Origin: Octopus vulgaris
Taxonomy: Eukaryota
Assembly (NCBI GenBank): GCA_951406725.2
Contig: OX597815.1
Coordinates: 87,544,001 to 87,608,000 of the forward strand
Length of the DNA stretch: 64,000 bases
Direction of reading: 5' to 3'
Positions 39,891 through 51,396 of the stretch are shown here, piece after piece. Both the position numbers and the translations under genes were made by a program. A model generated the notes under the pieces. It searched no databases and was not told where the DNA came from. It saw only the letters and a list, made by a program, of their open reading frames with translations. The stretch's first letter is position 1, and the number at the start of each line of letters is the position of its first letter.

Positions 39891-42580
39891 CTAGCAGAGA
39901 TACCCAGCATTGCTCAGGATTAAAACAGCATAGTTCGTCATGCCGGTGGCACATAAAAAGCACCAATCCGATCATGGCCGTTGCCAGCCTCACCTGGCTC
40001 CTGTGCTGGTGGCACGTAAAAAGCACCCACTACACTCATGGAGTGGTTGGCATTAGGAAGGGCATCCAGCTGTAGAAACACTGCCAGATCAGACTGGAGC
40101 CTGGTGCAGCCTTCTGGCTTCCCAGATCCCGGTCAAACCATCCAACCCATGCTAGCATGGAGAATGGATATTAAACAATGATGATGATGATGATGATGAT
40201 GATATATATATATATTTATATATATATATACAAATTGAGATAGGGGTTGTGAGTGCAACCCACCATGGGATAACATATATCCAATATACTGCCAGTAAGA
40301 TGTAGTTTATATTTATATTTATTTATATCTACTTATACATATTGTACTTATTGTATCATATTACTCATTGATGTGCATTGTTTTGTTCTGTACTATTATG
40401 TTTGACCTTGATGTTCATATGTAGTGGGTTAATAAATTATGTGATTGGGTATTATCTGGTAGTTGATTATTGATTAAGGTGTATTTCTCCATTTTCTTAT
40501 TTTGTATATATATATATATATATATATATATTACAGTTATATTGAAACAGGTGATACAAAAGTGCAAGCATTGACAACAAAACATTTATGGAGTAAATTT
40601 TAAAGCTTTGCATGAACAATTATTTGAGTTTAGCACCAGTTTGGACAGAATTATCATTTTTATAAGAATGGGATGGATCATATCTGAAAGCAGCTCCAGG
40701 TGTTGTGAAGAACGAATTTGTACGTGGTCTGTTCCTGAGAGTTATTCATTTGGATTTCTGTGTAATCTAGCATGCTAAACATTGTTTTTATGGTTCAGCA
40801 TTAAATGCTGCAGCATGCCTTTGCTAATCTTGGGAAAGTGTCATCTCCCTTCTCTCTTAAGACTCTATCTGATGTGGTGCAGCATGCTTTTGCTGATGTT
40901 GAGAAAGTCTCCTCTCCCTTCTCTCTTGAGACTGTATTTGACATGCTGTGACATGCGTTTGGTGATCTTTGGAAAGTGTCATGTCCCTTCTGTAATGAGA
41001 TTCCATCTGATGTGCTGCAGCCTGCCTTTGATGAGGTTAAGAAAGTCTCATGTCCCTTATCTCTTGAGACTCTCACCTTTGGTTTTCTGCACTCCTCCTT
41101 GCTTTATAGGTGTTTCTGAAGAGATTATGGTTTTTCTTTGGTGGCATATTCTTTTCAATATTTTAAACAGAAAATTAAACATAGAAAATAATATACATTA
41201 ATCTCTATTTTTGTAAGCAGTTGTATGTCTTTATTTTTGTATGCAGTGTAAAGTAACCAAATATAAGCAAATTGTAAATACCTTGCAACTGCTGTGATAA
41301 TTAGGAACTGTTAATTGAACAGTAGATGTGTATTTTTATATAACTTGGACCTTCCACATGATTGATTTTTGTCAAGAGTTCTCATCGCATATGTATATGT
41401 ATGTGTGTGTTTAATAACATATGTAATGAGCATGCAAACACACACACACACACAGACACATACACATTCATATACAAACTATGATGATACACACACATAC
41501 ACTCTCACATACAGTCACATACATATAGTAAGAAAGATACATACAGACATACATTCACACATGTCAGTCGTCGCATGTATGTGTAGATGTGTGTATGTGT
41601 TTAATGATGTATCTAATACGGAAACACACACAGTCAGAGAGACATACATGCTCATACACCCACACACAGACACACAAAGACACATACACACTCATATGTG
41701 ACATCATCATCGTCATGGTATAAAATGTCCTTTACTATCTCATACATATCGAATGTGCAAACACAAACATGAAAGTTAATGAATAAAAGTGAAACAATAT
41801 TATAGTTTTATCACATTAGAATTAACAGTGAAAGAATAAAAGCGAAACAATATTATATCACACAAGGAAGTCAATTTGTAGACAGAAATTACAAACCCCA
41901 TTTCAGTATATAAAGCTGTAGAAGAGAATAGCTTCAGTGAAAAAACTTGAGCCACTTTAGGATATTTTTCCCTAATGTATGAACGCTCAGTGGTGTGGTT
42001 GAATTGTCATTAGTTAGTAATGAAGGCTTATCGGCTGTATAGCAATGGTTTTCAATAGAAGTAGAAAAGTAAACAGTGTATTTAAATAGACGGAGTGCAA
42101 AAAATTTTAAATAAGTAAAGTAATGTTATAGGGAGAACATTCAAATAGCATGAAGACAAAGATATTTATGCATGCCAAAATTGAAGTACATTGAAGTCAA
42201 TTTTCAGTGAGGGAGAGAAAGAGTGAAAGAAACAGACATAGACTTAAAGAGAGGAACTATTACAAAGAGTGAGAGTAAGATGAAGAAAGTGAAATGATAA
42301 ATAGAGAAAGAACAGTGAGAGAATTGTATGAAAACTGCAGAAGATAAAGGGAGACAATCGGTTGAAAACTGCATGTTTTAGAGAAAAACCCATGTGAAAC
42401 ACCTTTTTACCCCAGTCAGTTTCTCGCATTATGTAGGAGCTCTGGGCAAAATATTATAGTTCATGACCATCCTTGGCACATAAGTAATGTGTGTGTAAAG
42501 TTTAGGGAAAATCGGTTGAAAACTGTAGAAATGCATACATACTACACATACATAGACATCCTTTGTTTTATATATACAGA
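39891..42580 (-). mobile_element. Non-autonomous Helitron with decayed Rep N-terminus
   Basis: Minus strand starts A|TCTGTATATATAAAA (42580) and ends with a decayed hairpin cctgagcaatgctggg...CTAG|T (39891); internal frame MPPKKNHNLFRNTYKARRS...ESQEIRDMRLS repeats...AAFRYDPSHSY resembles the Helitron Rep N-terminus; secondary insertions inside. Confidence 0.75.
40800..41075 (-). repeat. ~69-bp tandem repeat, ~4 copies (23-codon unit) inside the Helitron
   Basis: Recurring tgctgcagcatgcctttg...gaaagtgtcatgtcccttctctcttgagactc unit. Confidence 0.85.
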
Positions 42581-42820
42581 TAACTATATGATAATAAGAA
42601 ATATTAAATTTCTAAATCTCTCGTAGAGATATGTATGGTGGTGGGGCGATAGAATGGTTGTCTACTGTCAATCTAACATGAACGTGACAGTAGTGGGGTA
42701 CACCACCGCTGTTTAGCCCTAGGAAGCATCAACGCCTCCTGATGGCTTTGACACATTTTTCCTGTGTCCTTATATACATTTACGAAGGGGAGACAAACAC
42801 CCCCAGCCACCAGGGCTGCA

Positions 42821-42867
42821 TCTAGAGACACGTGTGTTTCAGGATCATTGTCCTTCGTCAGTCTAGA
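42821..42867 (-). ncRNA. Minimal type I hammerhead ribozyme (second copy, opposite strand)
   Basis: Reverse complement reads TCTAGA-CTGACGA-AGGA caatga TCCT-GAA-ACA cacg TGT-C-TCTAGA; all core nucleotides intact. Confidence 0.82.
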
Positions 42868-42956
42868 CTAGCAGACGCCGGTCAGCTGTTGATATTTGCC
42901 TCAACTCGCAATGTATATATCTAGGCAAATATCAACAGCTGACCGGCGTCTGCTAG

Positions 42957-43003
42957 TCTAGACTGACGAAGGACAATGATCCTGAAACACGTGTGTCTCT
43001 AGA
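42957..43003 (+). ncRNA. Minimal type I hammerhead ribozyme (Penelope-like-element type)
   Basis: TCTAGA-CTGACGA-AGGA caatga TCCT-GAA-ACA cgtg TGT-C-TCTAGA: stem I, CUGANGA core, stem II, GAAA, short stem III, GUC cleavage triplet. Confidence 0.82.
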
Positions 43004-43341
43004 TGCAGCTGGGGGTGCTTGTCTCCCCTTAGTAAATGTATATAAGGACACAGGAAAAATGTGTCAAAGCCATCAGGAGGTGTCGATGCTTCCTAGGGCT
43101 AAACAGCGGTGGTCTACCCCCCTACTGTCACGTTCATATTAGCTTGACAGTAGACAACCATTCTATATGATAATATATCATAATAAAATATATATGCTCT
43201 GATTTAAAGTAACATTTATCTAGTACTATATATAATATTTGTAAACAAACCCAGAGTCTTGATAAGTTACCAACAAAAAGCAACTAAGAAAGTCTTTTTT
43301 ATACAATAACTATAATAATAATATATATACTCTGATTTAAA

Positions 43342-43497
43342 CTCCCAAGAGCAGCCTGTCTTAAATTCCTCTGTTATGGCCTGGAGGACTATGATAAACA
43401 ATAAGTGGCTGAGAATCAATCCCTGGTGAACTCCTATCTGTACACTGAATTCATTGCTATACATGTTGCCAGCTTTCACCTTACTGACAGCATCCCT
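43342..43497 (-). mobile_element. RTE RT fragment
   Basis: QIGVHQGLILSHLLFIIVLQAITEEFKTGC, matching the 63.5-kb copy. Confidence 0.85.
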
Positions 43498-44689
43498 ATA
43501 TATATATCATCATCATCATCATTATCAACATCATCACTTAACGTCTGCTTCCATGCTGGTATGGGTGGGATAGTTTGAGAGGAGCTGGCTGGGCAGAAGC
43601 CTATACCAGCCAGCCACTCAGCAGAGTGGACTTAGTGCTTTTTACATGGCACAAGCACAGGTGAGGTCAGTTTTGGTGAAGTTTTTACAGATGGATGCCC
43701 TTCCAAATGCCAACTACTTTACAGTGTGAACTGGGTGCTTTTAAGTGGCACCTGCATTGACAGGGTCACCAAGTACTTGCAAGACAAGAACATCTCTTTT
43801 TAGAAGGCAGGAGGGCATTGGAGGAAGTTATTTTGTTTCAGATGATGAAAGGTTATAATGAGACAGAAACAGGTGTTTTGCTGTAGAGGAGGTACAAGGT
43901 TACCTGGCTGGGGAGAAAGAGAGAGATCAGAAATGAAGACAGAAACAGGTGCACTGCTTCAAAGGAAATACATGGTTACCCAGCCTGAGGGAAATGCAGG
44001 GGAAGGAGAGAAAGAGTGGGAGACAGTAGGATAGAGATGGTGGCAAAGTGCCAGGCATATTCAAAAGGGACAGGGATCAGAATATAAATGGGATGGTTGA
44101 GTAAAGGAAGAGAGAGATATAAATGATGGCAAGTGCTAGGGTATACACTTGAGGTTTGAACATCATAATATAAGTGGTAGGATATTGCAAGGAAGCATGA
44201 TTAGAGAGTGCGGAGCGAGGTGAGTGGTAAAAGCCTGGGTATATATAGAGTTGGTGGGCTATCAGAGAGCAATGATACAGAGGAAGAGGTAGGCATAGAG
44301 TATGAAGGAGGAAATGTGAGGAAGAGATGTAGATTGGTGTGTTGGGGTAGGTTGTGTGAAAATTTTTCTTGCTAAGTGTGAGTGAAACACACAGGTCGGG
44401 GGCTAGCAAATATCAATGATACAATGAGACAGAGCATGTGGGTGGAACACACAGGTTGGGGGCTAGTGGAGAGCAATGATATAGTGGGACAAAGCCAAGA
44501 GGACAAGATTGGAAAGTGGGAGATAAGTATAGTGCATGAAGTGGAAGTGTAAGGAAGAGAAGAGATGTAGTTTGGTTTGTTTTGGTAAAGTGTGTGAGAA
44601 GTTTTCTGTGCTTCTAGAACACATTTCAGTCCATTGTCATTTTCTCTGTGAGGCCCTATATCCTGAGATTGGTCCTTACCACTTCATCC

Positions 44690-44880
44690 CACATCTTTCT
44701 GGATCTCTCTCTTTCATGGGTACCATCCACTGGCACTTCTTTATGCAGCTGTCCTCATTCATTCACATCACATGTCCAAACCAACATAGTCTTCTCTCTT
44801 GTATGCTACATTTTATTCACTTACGTCCAACTTTTCTTTCAATACATTTGCACTTAGTTGTACATGCATACTGATGTTGT
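44690..44880 (-). mobile_element. Decayed RTE C-terminal fragment
   Basis: Resembles the RRLCWFGHVM region of the other RTE copies. Confidence 0.6.
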
Positions 44881-45439
44881 ACATCCCCTTGCTCTAGCCC
44901 CACTGGCTTGAGCTGCAATGGTAAGCCTGCAGCATCTAAGCCATGGAAGGTGGTCAGCACTATGACCGCATGACTGGGTGGAGGCCAAAAGAATCCACAG
45001 TGAATCTGCAACAGCATTCACAAGGCTCCCAGATTTGAAGACCAAGCCTCAGGGAAATGCCTGTGCACAGACAGTCCTGTCAAGCTGAGTGCCAGTTGTG
45101 AGTAATGGTATCACATTGAGCCAAACTCTGTTGTGAGGCTTGGAAGCTAAGCAAAAACATGCCTGACAGTGCTAGTCAAGTCAGCGCACTAACTCATTTG
45201 CAGTTATGCTACACTGCAAGGTGTCCCATTTCTTTTGAGTTGTCCATAGAGGGGAGAAGGGGATGGACATTGGCAGGGCACAAGCTGAGCTGGCTCCATG
45301 TCACATAGGCTGCCTCACATTCCCCAATCACAGATGGTTCAGTTGTGTTATAAAGAGCCCTGTTAATGAAGACACAGCAAAAGGTCACTGACAAAAGAAA
45401 AGCCAGCAGGGCCAGTGAAACTGAAGATTGAAGGCCACA

Positions 45440-46200
45440 AGTCACAAATCCCTTCAGGGAGATGGCCCTGCTCAAAATAAACAAAAGGTGTAGGTAGAAA
45501 CTCCATAAGGTGTACCCAGTGCAAGTTATTGGCACATAAGAGGTGCAGCAGTATCAGAAGATTAACAGAAAAGTCTTTGTGTGTGTCAGGTATGTAGGCA
45601 CTAGGAATGCCTGGGGAGATATCTGGAAGTAGTAGATAGTAGTAACCAAATCAGCAGTAGAGGAGGATGCTCTGAGAGCATAGCTACTAGGATAAGAACA
45701 AGCTGGGCAAAGTTCAGAGAGCTGCTACCTTTGTTGGTAATAAAGGGCTTCTCCCTCAGAGTGAAAGGCAGATTGTATGATGCTTGTGTGCGAACAACCA
45801 TGCTATATGGTAGTGAAACATGGGCCGTGACTGCAGAGAACAAGCAAAGGTTTGAAAGAAATGAAGCTAGTATGCTCAACTGGATGTGCAATGTCAGTTT
45901 GTACATACAACAGAGTGTGAGTTCCTTAAGAGAAAAATTGGTTATAAGAAGCATCAGATTTAGTGTGCAAGAGAGAAGATTGTGCTGGTATGAACATGTG
46001 ATGCAAATGGATGAGGACAGCTGCATAAAGAAGTACTGATCTCTACCTATAGAGGGAACCTGTGGAAGAGGTAAACCCTGGAAGACATGGGGTGAGGTGA
46101 TGCAATATGATCTTTAGATCTTGAGTCTCATGGAGGCAATGACAAGTGACTAAGACTGTTGGTGATTTGTTGTACTTGAGAAGATAGGTCAAGCTTAGAA
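45440..46200 (+). mobile_element. RTE LINE fragment (same family as 62-64 kb)
   Basis: KGVGRNSIRCTQCKL, VKGRLYDACVRTTMLYGSETWA, RRLCWYEHVMQM. Confidence 0.88.
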
Positions 46201-46920
46201 TTGTAGTTGTGGCCAATGCCAGTTACACATGTTCTTATCATTTACATCTTTATTGATGAGTTTTAAAATTACTATTATCCAAGTATTCAATCTGTTTGTT
46301 GTAGCTGCTTCAACATTAGGCCTTGTCCTATTACCAAGCATTCTTTTTTAAGATGTTCTTATTAGCTGACAAGCTGGATATTCTGACTGACATGTTTTTG
46401 ATTAGTCCATTGATTATTAATCTTGGTTAGTTGGAAAGTTTATTAATATAGTTTAAATTTTCATTAAGTTTATGATATGGGAACTAAAGGCCAATATGTA
46501 AATCAAATGTAATGTAAAAGAAATTCATGCCCTTTGTATCTTTTGAAAATTTGACAGATTAAAGTTTTTAAAGAATTTGTTTAGTTTTTTGTGAGCTGTC
46601 TAGAGCTTGGCAGCTGAGGAGTTCTCTTGTTATCAGTAGAAAGTTGTTTCTATACAGACCATCAGCCAATACACATCCAATTGCACTTGGAACATCATTG
46701 CAAAGTTACAAACAACCACAGCAGTGAAACATATGTATGGAACAAATAATACAAACTTATGTTTATAGTAACTTCTCTTACATTTGCTCTGTATATCATG
46801 AGTAGCATGTGCTTAACCACTAAACTGAAAGCAGACTGAATGATCATATTCTCAGTGGTGCTCTAAACTTAACAGTAGCAGTCATACATCTATTTGTATA
46901 CACAAGATACAAAATATATA

Positions 46921-48438
46921 CACTCAGAACCATGCTATTAGCTTAGGAGTGAAATTTAGGGTTTCTCGGTTTTCTGTGAATCAATTTTGATAAAAATTTT
47001 CCCAGCTGGTTTCCACACGATGCCGACACCATTGTTACGTTTTCATTATTCTGTATAATATTCTTTCTTTTTTATTTCAGATTTTTCAGTTTTTGGGTGT
47101 ACCACGCTAATAGCGTCTCTCTTCTCTAAGAACAAAGGGATGTGGAAAAGGCCTTAACAATGAAGAAAAGTCTGTCATCATCAAAGAAAGTGTTAAAGGC
47201 ATCTCTCTTCATGTCACTGCAGAGAAGTTAGGTTGTCATGTGGACACAGACGATTCCTGAAGGACCATTCACCAAAGAAGAACTGATCTGATTGTGGGAT
47301 ATCCAAGACTGTGACAGCTAGGGATTTAAGGAATATTGGCTGCAAGTTATGTGGGAAACCTGGACAAACAAGCAAAGTCATTTTCCCCACCTCCAGACTT
47401 CCTCTTGTACTGAAAACCACGGGACCATGGCTTCTGTGCAAGAAACCCTGAAACTGCCTCCTTTAACGCCCCGTCACAGGAGTTTGAGGCTACAATGGGT
47501 CCAAAAGTACATGCCATTAGACACGAGTTGTTCCGTTCACTGACAAAACTTGATGGACCTGATAATTGGGCAAATGATAGGGTCTATTTTGGAGATGAGT
47601 GTCATCAATGTTTATGACATCAACAACAGGGTGGAGGAGTCATGTTGTGGGCTGGTATCATTGGGGATAGACTTTTTGGCCCAGTCAAAGTGCCTGAAGG
47701 GGTTAAAGTGACAACGGCCGCCTACTACAATCACCTGGAGGTTTTGGATCCCTGGCAAGATGACATACCACTGTCACTTCTAAGAATCTCAGATTCATGC
47801 ATGACAACACTACCTCCCACCCTGCTAGGACCACCCAAACATTACTAGGGTCTTATGGCATAAAAGGTGAAAGGTTGATGGTGTGGCAGCCAGCATCTCT
47901 GGATCTCAACCCTATTGAAAATCTTTGGTCCATCATTAAACAAGATGTCTACGCTGACAGATGCCAATTTACATCAAAAGATGTCTTATGGGCAACCACC
48001 AAAGCTGCAACAAATGTAGTCCAACCTGCTACTATTAAGAAATTGACAATTTCCATGACTAATAGGATTTTTGAAGTAATCTGTCGAAATAGTGCTCATG
48101 AAGCTAAATAATTTATTACGTCAAAAAATGTTATAATATTATTATGGTTTTCTCTTAAATATATACTCGATGTATGCTTAATATGTATCGTTACCCTTCA
48201 TTTTCTAATACAAAAATGTCTAGATGGGCTATTTTCATTCAAAAGCTATTAGCATGGTTCACCCCAAAACTGAAGAATCTGAAATAAAAAAGAAAGGATG
48301 TTACACAGAATAATGAAAACCTAACAATGGTGTTGGCATAGTGTGCAAACCAGCTGGGAAAAGTTTTATCAAAATTGATTCACAGAAAATTGAGAAATCC
48401 TAAATTTCACTCCCAAGCTATTAGCATGGTCTTGGGTG
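46921..48438 (+). mobile_element. Tc1-superfamily DD37E (TRT-type) transposon, full length, transposase disrupted
   Basis: 194-bp TIRs 46921-47114 and 48245-48438 in TA context; fragments MLWAGIIGDRLFGPVKVPEGVKV and MHDN...WQPASLDLNPIENLWSIIK, with 37 residues between D and E. Confidence 0.9.
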
Positions 48439-50575
48439 TGTATATAAAATAAGTAAAAGGAATCCATAAATCTAGGCAGATGTCTATAAAATCACTCAGT
48501 GTTAAATATCTTTGGTTAACTATATCAAACAATCTGATACCAATAAATGCAAGTAGTATAAACATCCAAGGTAATTCTTCATGTATGACATGTAAATCGA
48601 AATATCACTTAGAAGAATTAAGAAATTCAGAGTATAAAACAACAAAAATAAGAATGGTGTAATCACATCTTTAGTTTGTGATTACACCATACATTACCTA
48701 TGACTGTTTCTATTGCGCTGGCATATTTAGGTATAGAAAAAAGGTACAAAATACTAGTCAAATCAATATAACCGAAAATATATGCTAACACAATGTTATT
48801 CAGGCAATCCAAATGAGTTAAATTCAAAGTTGGTATCTCAACCTCATGGTTCTAGATTCAATCCTACTGTGTGTCACCTTGAACAAGTATTTTCTACTAT
48901 AACCCCCAGGCCTACCAAAGCCTTGTGAGTAGATTTGGTAGATGGAAATTGAAAGAAGCCCACCGTATATATGTGTATTTTCCTGTCTTTACACCATGAT
49001 AGTTGTAAAATGGTTATCACTGTCATACATGTCTGGTCATGGGGAAATATTAGATTGTTTGGAAACAAATGAGAGTTGGTGCCAGGAAGAGTATCTGGAT
49101 GTAAAAAAATCTGCCTTATTAGATTCCGTCCAACCCATGCAAGCATCAGAAAATAGTTGTTAGAATGATGATTATGTATATATCATCTAACATGTCAGAT
49201 CCCATCAATTCATCTAACCCATGTCCATATAGATGATGGTTGTAAAATCTTTCACACACACACAGTGGCCACTGAATTCTTCACATTAGGCAATGGTCAA
49301 CCTGATTATTTTTTCTTGAAGACTATTGCAAGCTTTCTATGTCTCTCATATTTTCCTTACTATTATAGCAAAAAAGCAGCCATAAAAAAACAAGGTAAAA
49401 AAAAATAAAAGTGTAAAATGTGGTTCTCTATCCCATCTAGAACAGTAGCTCCAACTATGAACTGTCTCAGACAATGACAGCTTGTTGAATACGTGGAAAG
49501 CTAACATAAAATGACAGTGATAATTCTTCCTAATTTTGGCACAAGGCCAGCAATCTAGAGGGACGGAGGCTGGTTAATTCAAATGACCTCAGTGGCATTT
49601 GAACATAGAACATAAAGAATGGAAGAAATGCTGCTATGCATCTTTGTCCAACACACTAATGATTACGCCAGCATGACACTGATGACAAGGATTATACACA
49701 CATATGCATTCATCAATGCCATTGTTTTAATATTCATTTTTTTTTTTTTGGCATAATGAAATGGGTCAAGTGATCTACAGTAGAGAAAAATTCACCATTT
49801 TCTCCTCATAATTTTCTCTACCCGGTACCTTCCTCTGTCTGCACACACAGCACTCTTGCACCAATCATCAATTAAAATTACATGTCTATTCAAGTGTAGA
49901 CAGCTCTCCCACATAAATTAGCTGATGCTGACCAGTCACTTTCTTACTTCACAGTTCATAGTCTGATAGTGTTCACAAAATATCAAAGCAGTTTAGTGAG
50001 GCAGAAGTCAAAAAAATAAAGAGAATATAACTCAGTAAAAAATATTTTATTGCCAGAAGTCTTGAATTTTAATTAGTCGTTTCATATATTTGCCTCCAAT
50101 CCATTAGAACAAGTGTGTTTTGATCCATTATTGCTTCCAATCCACTGGATCATCTCTTTTCTTTTAATAACAGTCAACAACTATGGAAATCTTTATAACC
50201 AAGTTATATATATACACATATTCTTCCCATATTTCCAAAGGAGTTTATAGAGTAGTAAAGTTTTATGCATGTGTATTTATCTATATACACACACAAATTT
50301 TAAAAAGTTTAAATTTCTGAAAAACCAAAGCTTTAACAGGAACTAAAAGGAAAAATAAGGGGGGAAAATTAATAAAAACCTGCAAAAACATCAAAATGTT
50401 TCAAATGTGTTGAATTATCTTAACTTCAATTTGCCTAGTGTGTGTACATCCATACACAATCCACTCTGTAAGAACTTCAAATCCACAAAAAACAAAAACA
50501 AACAAAAAAAAAAATCCCAAACTCCACAGCAGTGCACACAAATGCTTGTAAAGCACACTAACAGAGAATTACAGG

Positions 50576-50619
<44 letters not shown>

Positions 50620-51261
50620 GTTTGTACAGCTGATTTGTTTGTAGCTGCTGAACCCTGATGCCATGCTATTTAAACAAGGGGATTACACAGAATGTTAAAA
50701 ACTCACAGCAAAAATTTGATCCACAGTATTTATTTTTTGCATGAAATTAAACCAAACCAAAATATTTTGAAATAAAATAAAATATTGAAGTAAAATAAAA
50801 ACATAAAAACTCAAGGCAAGCAAATGGTTGCATGCTCTTTCTCCCTCTCTCTCTCCCTCTTTCACACATACACACACACACACACACATGCCCACCTCTT
50901 GACTTCTACCAAATTTCTAAAGAGGCCCAGTTCACTTGTAACAAGGGTGTACTTCATTGGCAAATTCCTCCAACATTTGATCAAATACTTTCTTTGAAAG
51001 AATCAAAATATTGCTAGCAAGATTCCAGGGAAACAATCATTGATGGTGATTGAGACAAACTAAATGGATACAACCACAAAATAGAATGCATCATCAAAGA
51101 AGTGTGGATGGAAGGTAAGAGAAGAATGAGAAGGAGAAGCAAAAAGAGATGGAAGGGGAAAAAAGGGTAGGATGTGAGGAATAAGATGTAGCTATGTGGA
51201 GAGGAGAAAGGAACCAAGTAACAAAACACTTGTTGTCTCCTCTATCCCTTACAAGTAATGT

Positions 51262-51396
51262 TCAATTAAGATTCTGCTTTCGAAGGTATCTCTGACGGGC
51301 ATTAAATAACATTTGATTTTTACGTTCTTCTAATGACTGCTGCCGGACTTTTCCTGATGATGAGAATGCTACAGATTTGTAGACATTTGGTGTATC
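51262..51396 (-). CDS. AUP1: AUP1 terminal coding exon, G2BR (UBE2G2-binding) region
   Basis: Not in the ORF track. Acceptor ctattttAG; DTPNVYKSVAFSSSGKVRQQSLEERKNQMLFNARQRYLRKQNLN-TGA matches the G2BR pattern RQxSLxERKxxLxxxARxRF. Confidence 0.92.
   Translation of the reverse strand, partial: DTPNVYKSVAFSSSGKVRQQSLEERKNQMLFNARQRYLRKQNLN

Larger units (their letters stand above)
42649..43166. mobile_element. Long palindrome: inverted pair of Penelope-like pseudo-LTRs carrying hammerheads
   Basis: Arms 42649-42901 and 42923-43166 are reverse complements with about 10 substitutions and one 9-nt indel; 21-nt spacer; GC/CpG-rich versus flanks. The PLE assignment is inferred from the hammerhead type. 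Confidence 0.75.

Noticed and set aside
40782-41201. Repeat-protein gene (139-aa and 91-aa ORFs)
   Set aside because: Alternative frames of a decayed Helitron Rep repeat region
44900-45430. Possible exon or Tx1/L1 remnant (GC-richer segment)
   Set aside because: No clean splice-bounded ORF, and similarity too weak to assign by eye
50085-50180. Extra AUP1 exon
   Set aside because: AUP1 terminates at TGA 51262-51264 after G2BR; frames here close quickly
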